This document shows positions 1 to 8,438 of a stretch of 40,341 nt of DNA, piece by piece. Every line of letters begins with the position of its first letter. Positions within the stretch are counted from its first letter, which is position 1. Below the pieces are notes generated by a model. That model was not told where the DNA came from and did no database searches. It worked only from the letters and a program-made list of their open reading frames with translations. Source of the stretch: Nitrososphaerota archaeon (GTDB lineage: Archaea > Thermoproteota > Nitrososphaeria_A > Caldarchaeales > Calditenuaceae); assembly GCA_038741355.1 (NCBI GenBank), contig JAVYLC010000013.1:1-40341 (forward strand), read 5' to 3'. The translations under genes and the position numbers were made by a program.

Positions 1-2
1 TC

Positions 3-866
3 AGGAACACTATACTGCCACTTCTTGGCGAGGGGGTTGTCCCCGTGGTCACAGGCTTTATCGGGCGTACACGTGACGGGGCTATCACTACGCTGGGTAG
101 GGGAGGCTCCGACTTCACGGCAGCGCTCCTCGGGAGTGGCGTCAAGGCCGACGAGGTTGTATTATGGAGTGATGTTGACGGGCTGCTTACCGCAGACCCC
201 AGAATAGTCAAGGAGGCCAGGGTTATTCCCCGGCTCTCCTATGAGGAGGCTCTCGAGATGGCCGTCTTTGGGGCTAAGGGTCTCCACCCCCGCGCGATAG
301 AGGCGGCTCAGAACGGAGGCGTGAGGGTCCGCATAAAGAACACCTTCAACCCCTCCGCCCCCGGGACACTTATCACGGACCGGGGCCTGAGCACCGACTC
401 CGTGGTCAAGGGAGTTCTCCTGGTAAGGGACGTCGCCATGATCACTGTTAGGGGTGCATCGGCGGTTGGAAAGCCGGGTAGCGCAGCCCGAATACTCCAA
501 GGAATATCCAGCCGCGGAATAAACGTTATGATGATCTCACAGAGCGTCTCAGAGTCTAGCATATCGCTGATAGTTAGGCGCGAGTCTGCAGACGTGGCTC
601 TGGAGGCGATTAGGGATTCGAACCCGCCGGACGTGATCAGGGGGGTTGAGTGTGAGAAGGATGTGGTGGTGGTTGCTGTTGTCGGTGAGGGGATGAAGGG
701 GACGCCGGGCGTGGCGAGCAGGGTCTTCGGAGCGGTGGCCCGGAGGGGGATAAACGTGAGGATGATTGCTCAGGGTAGCTCGGAGCTCAACATCTCCTTC
801 GTAGTCAAGGAGGCGGACGGTGTGGAGGCCGTCCGAGCAATACACAAAGACTACGGGCTCGGCTAA
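3..866 (+). CDS. Aspartate kinase, C-terminal portion (5' end lies outside the window)
   Basis: The frame is open from the window edge (..VVPVVTGFIGRT..). It has the GRGGSDFTAA motif, WSDVDGLLTADPR, and two ACT-like regulatory repeats (ITVRGASAVGKPG.. and VAVVGEGMKGTPG..). Confidence 0.88.
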   Translation, partial: RNTILPLLGEGVVPVVTGFIGRTRDGAITTLGRGGSDFTAALLGSGVKADEVVLWSDVDGLLTADPRIVKEARVIPRLSYEEALEMAVFGAKGLHPRAIEAAQNGGVRVRIKNTFNPSAPGTLITDRGLSTDSVVKGVLLVRDVAMITVRGASAVGKPGSAARILQGISSRGINVMMISQSVSESSISLIVRRESADVALEAIRDSNPPDVIRGVECEKDVVVVAVVGEGMKGTPGVASRVFGAVARRGINVRMIAQGSSELNISFVVKEADGVEAVRAIHKDYGLG

Positions 867-877
867 GACTATCCCCA

Positions 878-886
878 TCTTTTTTA
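878..886 (+). terminator. Oligo-T tract (TTTTTT at 880-885), 14 nt after the aspartate kinase stop
   Basis: Archaeal terminators are typically oligo-T runs. This one sits in the 17-nt gap between convergent genes and overlaps the priS stop. Confidence 0.35.
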
Positions 887-2158
887 GGCCTCTAGTGTGG
901 CAAGCCCCCTCGATATTAGATAGACAGCAGCATATACGGGAAGCTCTTTCGAGCGCGGCTCAACTATCTCGTCAAACTCCTCCCCTCCAAGCCTGAAGGA
1001 TGGCGAGTAGGCAGCCCTCACCCTAACCCTCTTATCGCGGGGGAGAACGGCGCACTCGGTGAGAGGGTCAAAGTCGTCCAGCAACTCGAGTGGAACCCTC
1101 TTTGCGAGTAGTCCGGTCTTACCGTTCAGCGTTCCCGAGAGCCTCAACAGCCTGTGAATGTCTGTGGTGACTACGGGGTCTATCCTTAGGGCCTCCTGCC
1201 TAACCGCCTCCTTAACGAGGGTTGCCCAGAATCCAAGTGGGGCCACACTCCAATCGGGCTCGATGGACCAGGAATCCCTTACCTTCACGGCGAGGTCGCC
1301 GTATTTAGCAAGTCCTTGGACGGCCTCCGGCTTCTGGAGGATCGAGTAAATCCTTCTAACTATCCTGCCACGCCACCCCGGCTCGTTGAGCATTGGTGGC
1401 GGAAGAGCTTCAAGCCTCGGCCTTACCCTACCCTCACGCCTCCAGGGAAGCCCCAATAACCCTGGAACAAGCCCCAAACACGTCAAGTAGCCTACCAAGT
1501 CTTTTCTCGCCACCTGGTCGAGAGATAAGTGGTCCGGTGAGTAGGCCACTATGTGGTATCCCCTGTTCCCCGAGAAGCCCACCTCAACCTCCTCCTCACG
1601 GACTCCAATCTCCTCCACAAGAATCTCTACAAGCCTCACCGCCTCGGCCCTAGCCGCGCCGAGACAAGTATCGCAAACCCACTCAACCTCCTTTCCAGCC
1701 GAGCCACACCTCGGGCAGGTCTTGGCCCCCTCTTCGAGTAGCCCGTGAATAACACAGACCCTGTAAACATGCTGCGACACGCACGGTATGTCCAGATGGT
1801 CTGCGTCGATGTCGAAGATCAGGTCTGCAGCCATCCAGCCCTTCTCCTCCATGGGCGCCGAGGGATACTGGTAATAAGCTGCTGAGCGATATGCGTGTAG
1901 CGGTGCAACCCTAGCTATCTCAGCCCTAACCTCTTCGTTAGACTTAAAGGACAGATGTCTGACCATCTCCCCCCTCTCAAACGACCAGTAACCGAACTCC
2001 CTAGCCTCGGGTTTTGGGGGCGGCGAGATCAGGTTGGCGTTTTCCCTATAAAACTCTCTGAAAACCCGTCTCACAAAGGCTGAAGACCTGTCGAGTGTAG
2101 CCGGCAATCCTAAGAGGCCAAGTGGGCTGGCGGAATAAAAATCAGACCTGTAGGCCAA
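884..2158 (-). CDS. priS: DNA primase small (catalytic) subunit PriS
   Basis: AEP primase catalytic motif ADLIFDIDADHL. Zn-knuckle CPRCGS..CDTC. FSGNRGYHI motif. Length 424 aa. Confidence 0.85.
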   Translation of the reverse strand: MAYRSDFYSASPLGLLGLPATLDRSSAFVRRVFREFYRENANLISPPPKPEAREFGYWSFERGEMVRHLSFKSNEEVRAEIARVAPLHAYRSAAYYQYPSAPMEEKGWMAADLIFDIDADHLDIPCVSQHVYRVCVIHGLLEEGAKTCPRCGSAGKEVEWVCDTCLGAARAEAVRLVEILVEEIGVREEEVEVGFSGNRGYHIVAYSPDHLSLDQVARKDLVGYLTCLGLVPGLLGLPWRREGRVRPRLEALPPPMLNEPGWRGRIVRRIYSILQKPEAVQGLAKYGDLAVKVRDSWSIEPDWSVAPLGFWATLVKEAVRQEALRIDPVVTTDIHRLLRLSGTLNGKTGLLAKRVPLELLDDFDPLTECAVLPRDKRVRVRAAYSPSFRLGGEEFDEIVEPRSKELPVYAAVYLISRGLATLEA

Positions 2159-2765
2159 GGCGTGTCAAGATCAGCCGCCAGTCAAGCCGTGTGAGGACGT
2201 AGACTAGGATCATGGCTGCCCCAGCGCTTAAAGCTGCTAATATGAGGGCTGACCCAGGGTTTAGGCCAGACGGTCCGCACTCTACCAGCAGGCAAGACAG
2301 GTCCGTCCAATATCGAGCCGCATACGCGACGACAGTGGTTATGAAGAGCTTTCCAGCGAAGACAAGCGGCCAGAAATGCGCGTTACGATAACCGCCCACC
2401 GCTATCAAGAGGTATACAACATCATCTGGCACAGGAGTGGCGGCGGTCAACAGTATTGCTATCCAGCCATACCTCCTGATGAGCATTTCAAGCGGTGCGA
2501 GTCTCTCGAGCGACTCCCTGCTCAGAAGCCTCCTACCACCCTTAAAGACGTTGAAGAGTATGAGCTTGCCTGAGGCCGCTCCAGCGGCACTTACGAGTGC
2601 TGTGGGGACTGGGTCGAGCCTTCCCGCTATAATTCCGATGAGTATCGGAGGTATGTACGGTCCCGAGACGAAGGGCAGCAAGCTGCCTAGGAGGCTCGCG
2701 GAAAAAACACCGGCGTATCCGAGCATGGTCAGGTTGGTCCAGAACTCAGGGTCGAAAAGGCTCAA
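2142..2765 (-). CDS. DedA/VTT (YqaA-like) family integral membrane protein
   Basis: Polytopic hydrophobic protein with a YGWIAILLTAATPVPDDVVYLLIAVGGYR segment typical of the DedA/SNARE-associated family. It overlaps priS by 17 nt, suggesting an operon. Confidence 0.55.
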   Translation of the reverse strand: MSLFDPEFWTNLTMLGYAGVFSASLLGSLLPFVSGPYIPPILIGIIAGRLDPVPTALVSAAGAASGKLILFNVFKGGRRLLSRESLERLAPLEMLIRRYGWIAILLTAATPVPDDVVYLLIAVGGYRNAHFWPLVFAGKLFITTVVAYAARYWTDLSCLLVECGPSGLNPGSALILAALSAGAAMILVYVLTRLDWRLILTRLGLQV

Positions 2766-2898
2766 ACACTTATGGACGAACTATCGAAGCCAATATTTAA
2801 AAATGCATCACTCACCAAACTGCTCACCCACCATTGGGATCTATGATTAATATTAATCTTAAAGAGTCGCCCGTATTAACTGATACAGGGCACCGGGA

Positions 2899-3201
2899 TT
2901 GGGAGTGATCATCCAGATACCATCCGCTCTCAGGGCGCTCACCGGCAACTCGAACCAGGTCGAGGTGGAGGCACGGACGGTCGGTGAGGCTCTGGCAGCA
3001 CTGCTAGACCTCTATCCCGGCGTGGGGAGATACATTTTCGACGACCAGCAGAGACTACGAAGCTTCATCAACATCTTCGTCAACGATCAAGACATCAAGA
3101 CACTCAACGGGCTCGAGACTCGACTCAAGGACTCCGACAGGATTCTGATACTTCCCGCAATCGCTGGCGGTCTCTCCATGAGGATATGCAAATATATTTA
3201 A
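2899..3201 (+). CDS. MoaD/ThiS/SAMP-type small ubiquitin-like sulfur-carrier/modifier with a 9-aa extension after the Gly-Gly
   Basis: MoaD-like layout (..VEVEARTVGEALAALLDLYP..INIFVNDQDI..DSDRILILPAIAGG) followed by LSMRICKYI-stop. The start is TTG 2899 or GTG 2905. Confidence 0.75.
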   Translation: MGVIIQIPSALRALTGNSNQVEVEARTVGEALAALLDLYPGVGRYIFDDQQRLRSFINIFVNDQDIKTLNGLETRLKDSDRILILPAIAGGLSMRICKYI

Positions 3202-3204
3202 AAG
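3189..3204 (+). promoter_or_regulatory. TATA box (aaatatatttaaaagg) for the E1-like gene
   Basis: AT-rich box centred about 37 nt upstream of GTG 3233. It overlaps the last codons and stop of the MoaD-like gene. Confidence 0.45.
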
Positions 3205-3232
3205 GCAGCCACGGGCTTGGAATCAACGAGGT

Positions 3233-4420
3233 GTGCCGGACCTAGTACAGCGTGAAGTCGTAAAAGGTTCTAGCTACACGAGCTTCACGATGGAGGAGAT
3301 AAGGCGGTATGGACGGCACCTGATAATGCCTGAAGTAGGCCTTGAGGGTCAGAGACGGCTGAAGGCCGCAAGGGTGCTTGTGGTAGGTGTCGGTGGACTA
3401 GGTGCCCCTGTATCACTTTACTTAGCCGCAGCGGGTGTGGGGAAGGTTGGGCTCCTAGACTTCGACGACGTGGACGAGACGAATCTTCAGCGTCAAGTGA
3501 TCTTCTCCACGCCTGATGTAGGCAGGAAGAAAGTGGAAGTTGCTAAAGAGAGGCTACTTAAGCTCAACCCCCACATAGAGGTAGAAACACATGAGGCGCT
3601 AATCAACTCTGAGAACGCCCTCGACATCATAAAGGAATACGACATAGTCGTCGACGCCACCGACAACTTCCCGACCCGATACCTCCTCAACGACGCCTGC
3701 GTCATCCTCAGGAAGCCCTTGATTTACGGCAGCATATTCAGGTTTGACGGCCAAGTAAGCGTCTTCTACGCTGGTAAGGGCCCGTGCTACAGGTGTCTGT
3801 ATCCTGACCCGCCCCCGCCGGGGCTGGTCCCCTCCTGTGCTGAGGGCGGGGTATTAGGTGTGCTCCCAGGTATCGTAGGCTCACTCCAAGCAAACGAGGT
3901 GCTGAAACTAATACTTGGGATCGGGGAACCCCTCATAGGTAGGCTACTACTGGTCGACGCGCTATCCATGACATTCAGGGAACTTCGCATCAACAGGGAT
4001 AAAAACTGCCCTGTCTGCGGCGACAACCCCACAATCAGGGAGCTGATAGACTATGAGCAGTTCTGCGGGACAAGGGTCTCTGGGGAGGCACTGGACGCCG
4101 CCCGCAACTCGATTACACCACTCGAGCTGAAGAGGCTTCTGGAGAGCGGTGAGGAGGTCCAGCTCATCGACGTGAGAGAGCCAGTCGAGTGGGAGATATG
4201 CAGGATACCAGGGGCCAAGCTCATACCCCTCGGACAGCTCACATCCAAGCTCCACGAGATAGACCAGACCAGAAAAGTCATAGTCTACTGCCACTCGGGC
4301 CAGAGAAGCGCCCTAGCCGTCAAACTTCTCAGAGAACTAGGCCTAACAAACACCTACAACCTTGCAGGAGGAATAGACGCCTACGCAGAACAAGTCGACC
4401 CATCAATCCCCCGCTATTAA
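3233..4420 (+). CDS. E1-like adenylyltransferase/sulfurtransferase (MoeB/ThiF/UbaA family) with a C-terminal rhodanese domain
   Basis: Nucleotide loop VVGVGGLGAPV. Two CxxC pairs (CYRC, CPVC). Rhodanese active-site loop CHSGQRS at the C-terminus. Confidence 0.88.
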   Translation: MPDLVQREVVKGSSYTSFTMEEIRRYGRHLIMPEVGLEGQRRLKAARVLVVGVGGLGAPVSLYLAAAGVGKVGLLDFDDVDETNLQRQVIFSTPDVGRKKVEVAKERLLKLNPHIEVETHEALINSENALDIIKEYDIVVDATDNFPTRYLLNDACVILRKPLIYGSIFRFDGQVSVFYAGKGPCYRCLYPDPPPPGLVPSCAEGGVLGVLPGIVGSLQANEVLKLILGIGEPLIGRLLLVDALSMTFRELRINRDKNCPVCGDNPTIRELIDYEQFCGTRVSGEALDAARNSITPLELKRLLESGEEVQLIDVREPVEWEICRIPGAKLIPLGQLTSKLHEIDQTRKVIVYCHSGQRSALAVKLLRELGLTNTYNLAGGIDAYAEQVDPSIPRY

Positions 4421-4459
4421 AACCTAAAAATCCCTCCACCACTATAATTTGAAATGGAG

Positions 4460-4565
4460 GCGGGGGTCGCCAAGCCTGGTCAAAGGCGCAGGGCTCAGGA
4501 TCCAAGCAAAGAGATGAGAGCCCCTGTCCCGTAGGGGTTCGTGGGTTCAAATCCCACCCCCCGCA
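4460..4565 (+). tRNA. tRNA-Leu (anticodon CAG) with an intron of about 21 nt at the canonical 37/38 position (about 4500-4520)
   Basis: Acceptor stem GCGGGGG/CCCCCGC with discriminator A. D arm GCC/GGC. Anticodon stem CAGGG/CCCTG with loop CTCAGG.. interrupted. The intron TGAG pairs with CTCA (BHB-like). Long variable arm TCCCGTAGGGGTTC. T arm GTGGG-TTCAAAT-CCCAC. No encoded CCA. Confidence 0.85.
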
Positions 4566-4644
4566 TCATCCGTATATGGGGCTAAGACTCAGAGACGTGT
4601 GTCTGGGGCAAGCTTAATTAGGCTACGCCAGCAAGCAAAGATGA

Positions 4645-5028
4645 ATGTCCGCCGAAGAAGCTGATGTCCTCAGGGAACGTGCTTACGCATTTCTTCGCAA
4701 CGCCACGAGGCTTTTCGGAGAGGGGGAGTATGATCTGGCGGCATTTAGTATAGAGCAATTCTTCCAGCTTACTCTCAAGTATAAGCTACTAATTAAGACC
4801 GGGATATATCCGAGGACTCATTCGATCATACGGCTCTTGAGGGAGCTTAATAAGCTGGCGCCGGAGAAGAATCTCGAAAAATTCATTGACGCAGAAGTAA
4901 TTCTTCTCACGAAGGTGGAGGACGCCTACATAGGGTCGAGATACCTTCCAAGAAGATATGAGAGAAGGGAGGTTGAGGAGCTCTTAAGGTTCGCTGAGAG
5001 GTTCGAGGAGTTGGTCAGGGATGTTTGA
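4645..5028 (+). CDS. HEPN domain protein (putative toxin of a HEPN/MNT pair)
   Basis: 127-aa all-helical protein of the small archaeal HEPN type (..YPRTHSIIRLL..GSRYLPRRY..). It overlaps the downstream MNT gene by 8 nt. Confidence 0.7.
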   Translation: MSAEEADVLRERAYAFLRNATRLFGEGEYDLAAFSIEQFFQLTLKYKLLIKTGIYPRTHSIIRLLRELNKLAPEKNLEKFIDAEVILLTKVEDAYIGSRYLPRRYERREVEELLRFAERFEELVRDV

Positions 5029-5353
5029 TCTATATGTCGAGTCAGGTAAAAAGATTCTAGAATATCTAAAGGATTATCACACCATAGCCGAAGCCGTAAA
5101 GAAGATCGTGCTAGAGAGGTGTCAAAATGCGAGGGTGCTCGTCTTCGGATCCGTTGTAGAGGGTAAGGCCACGGCGATGAGCGATATAGACATACTAGTG
5201 ATATGCGATCTGGGAGTAGAGGAGCGGGCCAAGCTTAAGGCCGAAATCCGCAGAAACCTTGGCTACGACGCGCCTCTTGAGCTACACATCACAACCGAAG
5301 ACGAATTCCAGAGATGGTACAGGAGGTTTATAGGCGCGTTCAAGGAGGTCTAA
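5021..5353 (+). CDS. Minimal nucleotidyltransferase (MNT, pol-beta superfamily), putative antitoxin
   Basis: The GS..DxD signature VFGSVVEGKATAMSDIDILV. Length 110 aa. Confidence 0.8.
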   Translation: MFDLYVESGKKILEYLKDYHTIAEAVKKIVLERCQNARVLVFGSVVEGKATAMSDIDILVICDLGVEERAKLKAEIRRNLGYDAPLELHITTEDEFQRWYRRFIGAFKEV

Positions 5354-5673
5354 GCGTCCTCTCTCCACTTGTTAGGGATGACTTGCCAGCTCAGAGAGGT
5401 GAGTAGAATCTGTCAGACTGGAGAGGTAATGGTGCTAATAAGGTGGCTTGAGGGACTTGAAGGGATTTGTGGGTTCAAGTACACCCATACACGAGCTTTC
5501 TGTAGATTAGTAATCGGTAGCCCTAAAACGCTCTATCACCTGTTAGCATCGGATTAGCCGCTCAAGACAGGCCATTATTTTAGTGGCTACCTATTCTGGA
5601 TCTCGGGCCCGTCTCAAAGCATATTGTTCATGTTTATGTAAAAATTTTGTGATAATGTAAACCAACTTTATAT

Positions 5674-6297
5674 ATGGTTTACATGGATGCGGGGTTAAGG
5701 CGGTGGTTAATGTCTGGTCGTGCTGGGGATTCGTTAGGGGTTCAGGCTATCGTGAGGGGAAGGCCGGACGCGGTAACAGCCGTTGCCTACATGGCAGTTA
5801 CCTCCGCGATAACTGGTGTGGGTTTCCTCTTGACCGCCCCTATACCGCTAATACCTGGAGCCATACACTGGAGGGTCCTAGCATTTCTCCCATGCCTCTT
5901 CGGCGTTTTGTTTGGGCCGGTCGTCGGATTTGTCTCTGGGGCACTAGGCAACACGCTCTGGGCGATAATTGGCGGATACTTCAACCCTGCAACACCTGTC
6001 TTCGACCTGGTTGGTGTCGGCTTAACTGGGCTGATTCCTGGACTTTTTTGCAAGCCTGAAGACGCCTTGAAGAATAGGGGGAGGATTAAGGTGGCATTAG
6101 TCAGCCTCGTATCAGGCGTCGTCATGGTTCCTATAGTTGCGGTTGGCTTCGACCTAGTGGGGGTGGCTCCATTTGTCCCGGCCGTGATAATGCTGTCTAT
6201 CAGCGACCTTCCGCCCATACTGATAGGTACGCCCATAGTCATGGCCGCGGTTGTCCCACCGCTCCTGAGAAGAAGTCTCATCAGATGGAGGCTATGA
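5674..6297 (+). CDS. ECF-transporter substrate-capture (S) component-like membrane protein
   Basis: About 6 TM helices with Gly-rich helices (FGPVVGFVSGALGNTLWAIIGG). It sits directly upstream of, and overlaps, the ECF ATPase gene. An alternative start is ATG 5710. Confidence 0.55.
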   Translation: MVYMDAGLRRWLMSGRAGDSLGVQAIVRGRPDAVTAVAYMAVTSAITGVGFLLTAPIPLIPGAIHWRVLAFLPCLFGVLFGPVVGFVSGALGNTLWAIIGGYFNPATPVFDLVGVGLTGLIPGLFCKPEDALKNRGRIKVALVSLVSGVVMVPIVAVGFDLVGVAPFVPAVIMLSISDLPPILIGTPIVMAAVVPPLLRRSLIRWRL

Positions 6298-7739
6298 GGT
6301 CGCTGGAAGTCACAAACCTGAGCTGCAGCTATGGGACGACATCAGTGTTAAAGAATGTGTCTTTCAGCTTGGAGCCCGGCGAGGTGCTCGCGGTGATTGG
6401 GCCCAGCGGCTCAGGGAAAACGACGCTCACATACTGTGTCTCGGGAATAATCCCAAACATTATACCGGCGGCCGTCAGCGGCAGCATAAAGATAGACGGC
6501 GAGGAGATGCTCGGGAAGGGGGTTGAAGAGGTAACTAGGCATGTCGGCTTCGTCCTACAGAACTATGAGCTCCAGATATTCGGCCTCACAGTCGAAGATG
6601 ACATAGAGCTAAGCTCTGAGGGATGCGGGGATGAAAGGGTCAGACACATAATGGCAGCCTTCAGACTGGATGCTTATGCGAAATACTTTGTACATGAATT
6701 GTCTGGCGGCCTGAAGCGCAGGCTGGTGATTGCCTCCGCCCTGCTGAAGGATGTAGATTATCTGGTGGTAGATGACCCGGTCGCGAACCTTGATTGGAGT
6801 GGGAAGAAAACACTCGCAGAAACCATTAGAATGCTGAGGAGTAAGGGAAAGGGTGTACTCCTACTGGGTAAAAGGATGAAAGGTCTGGAGGAGGTGATAG
6901 ACAGGGTTGTTGAGCTCCCGGGAAGAAAAGACACCTCCAACACCCACAGCGTCATTACAGGCTTTCCACCAGAGCGCACCAAGGTCACGTCTAACGGGCC
7001 AGCAGCCTCCTTTGAATCGGTCTGGTTCCGATATTCTAAAGACTTCGTACTTAGGGATGTGAACCTCGAGGTAAGGCGGGGCGAGGTGGTCTCTGTGATG
7101 GGGCCGAATGGCTCGGGGAAAACTACGATGATGAAGCTGATGAATGGTCTCCTAAAACCCACGAAGGGGAAGGTAACAGTTTCCGGCATAGATACGAGAA
7201 GCTCAAACCCGTCGGAGCTGGCCCGGCATGTTGGCACCGTCTTCCAAGAATCTGAGAAGTACATAGTCTTTGAGTCCGTGTGGGACGAAGTGGCATTCGG
7301 ACCTAAGAACCTGGGCATTGGGGATGGATACGTGGAGAAGGCGTTAGAGATGCTGGGCCTCGATGGTAAGAGGTGTGGGAACACTTTTTCACTGAGTGTG
7401 GGCGAGAAGATGAGGCTGTCTATCGCCTCTGCCATCGCTATGGACCCGGAGATAATTTTAATGGATGAGCCGACGACTGGGCAAGATGAAGAGACTCTGT
7501 CACAGCTTGCCTCAATAATAAGGGGGCTGAAATCCTACGGAAAGACGGTCATGATAGTTACACATGACACTGACTTTGCTTTCCAGACCTCCGACAGAGT
7601 CGTGATTCTAAAGGATGGTGGCATAGTCTACGAGGGTGAGCCGTCACCCCTCTTGAATGACTTGGAAATGCTTATAGAGTGGGGGCTTGAACCGCCTTCA
7701 AGGCTGGGTGATACGGTTTGTTTACAGAGCAGCGCTTAG
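6294..7739 (+). CDS. Fused ECF energy-coupling ATPase (EcfA-EcfA' in one polypeptide)
   Basis: Two NBDs. NBD1 has GPSGSGKTT / LSGGLKRRL / LVVDDP. NBD2 has GPNGSGKTT / LSVGEKMRL / ILMDEPT / VTHD. ATG 6294 overlaps the S-component stop (ATGA); the ORF-track start at 6285 is also possible. Confidence 0.85.
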   Translation: MRSLEVTNLSCSYGTTSVLKNVSFSLEPGEVLAVIGPSGSGKTTLTYCVSGIIPNIIPAAVSGSIKIDGEEMLGKGVEEVTRHVGFVLQNYELQIFGLTVEDDIELSSEGCGDERVRHIMAAFRLDAYAKYFVHELSGGLKRRLVIASALLKDVDYLVVDDPVANLDWSGKKTLAETIRMLRSKGKGVLLLGKRMKGLEEVIDRVVELPGRKDTSNTHSVITGFPPERTKVTSNGPAASFESVWFRYSKDFVLRDVNLEVRRGEVVSVMGPNGSGKTTMMKLMNGLLKPTKGKVTVSGIDTRSSNPSELARHVGTVFQESEKYIVFESVWDEVAFGPKNLGIGDGYVEKALEMLGLDGKRCGNTFSLSVGEKMRLSIASAIAMDPEIILMDEPTTGQDEETLSQLASIIRGLKSYGKTVMIVTHDTDFAFQTSDRVVILKDGGIVYEGEPSPLLNDLEMLIEWGLEPPSRLGDTVCLQSSA

Positions 7740-8437
7740 CCTTCGACCCCAGGGTTAAGGTCTACTCCTTCATAGTAGGAGTATCTCTAGCATTCATTTG
7801 TAACGACTTGTACAGCATCATTCTGCTAATATCATCCCTCATAATCTTCATGCTCACCAGTAGTTTTAAGAGCTCCATGCTCAGATGGTTGAAAGCGATT
7901 GGGCCACCCGTCATAATGGCCTTTGCGCTCTGGGCCTTTCTGGGCGAATGGTCACTATTTCACGGACAGAATGGCTTCAGAATAGGTCTAGCAGCGTTCA
8001 TAGGGGCTAGGCTATTCTTCCTATTACTACTATCACTGTGCTTCGTTACATCGATAAAGCCTGGAGAAATAATGGCCATAATGAGGTGGTTGAGAGTTCC
8101 AAAGAATATGGGGATGGTGGTCGCCCTATCCTTCAAACAACTCTACGTCGTCGCCGAGGAATATAGGGCAGTGAAGGAGGCATTGTTGACGAAGGGGCTT
8201 GAGCTAGACCGAGGCTCGCTAGCTAGGCGGATTAAGAATCACGCATATCTGCTCATACCCCTCCTCCTCAGAAGCATAGAGAACGCCGACAGACTCGTCC
8301 TGGCTATCAAGCTGCGGCCACCATCAACCTACGGAAGGAAGCTCAACCCACTAACCCCACTCGACAAGCTGGCTATATTAAGCCTATCAGCTGCCCTAAT
8401 CCTCGGAGTCCTACACTATATTGTTAAAGTGTTGTAA
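7718..8437 (+). CDS. ECF transporter transmembrane (T) component, EcfT/CbiQ family
   Basis: Polytopic 239-aa protein. It has the coupling-helix region ..ALSFKQLYVVAEEYRAVKEALLTKG.. and a position typical of EcfT. TTG start. Confidence 0.7.
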   Translation: MFTEQRLAFDPRVKVYSFIVGVSLAFICNDLYSIILLISSLIIFMLTSSFKSSMLRWLKAIGPPVIMAFALWAFLGEWSLFHGQNGFRIGLAAFIGARLFFLLLLSLCFVTSIKPGEIMAIMRWLRVPKNMGMVVALSFKQLYVVAEEYRAVKEALLTKGLELDRGSLARRIKNHAYLLIPLLLRSIENADRLVLAIKLRPPSTYGRKLNPLTPLDKLAILSLSAALILGVLHYIVKVL

Positions 8438-8438
8438 C

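Noticed and set aside
5369-5557. A 62-aa ORF in the tRNA/TA-to-ECF intergenic region.
   Set aside because: It has no recognisable domain, no promoter at suitable spacing, Cys/Arg-rich composition atypical of neighbouring genes, and an alternative start codon. It is treated as non-coding.
5380-5615. Possible TPP (THI-box) riboswitch in the long leader upstream of the YkoEDC-like ECF operon. The elements noticed were gctcagagagg at about 5388 and acctattctggatctcgggcc at about 5589, which resemble CUGAGA and ACCUGAUCUGGAUAAUGCCAGCG.
   Set aside because: The two elements are about 200 nt apart. The CUGAGA core is not exact. The P4/P5 CUGG..CCAG helix and the GCGUAGGGAA tail are absent. No consistent P1-P5 fold could be drawn by hand. 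A covariance-model scan (Rfam RF00059) would settle it.
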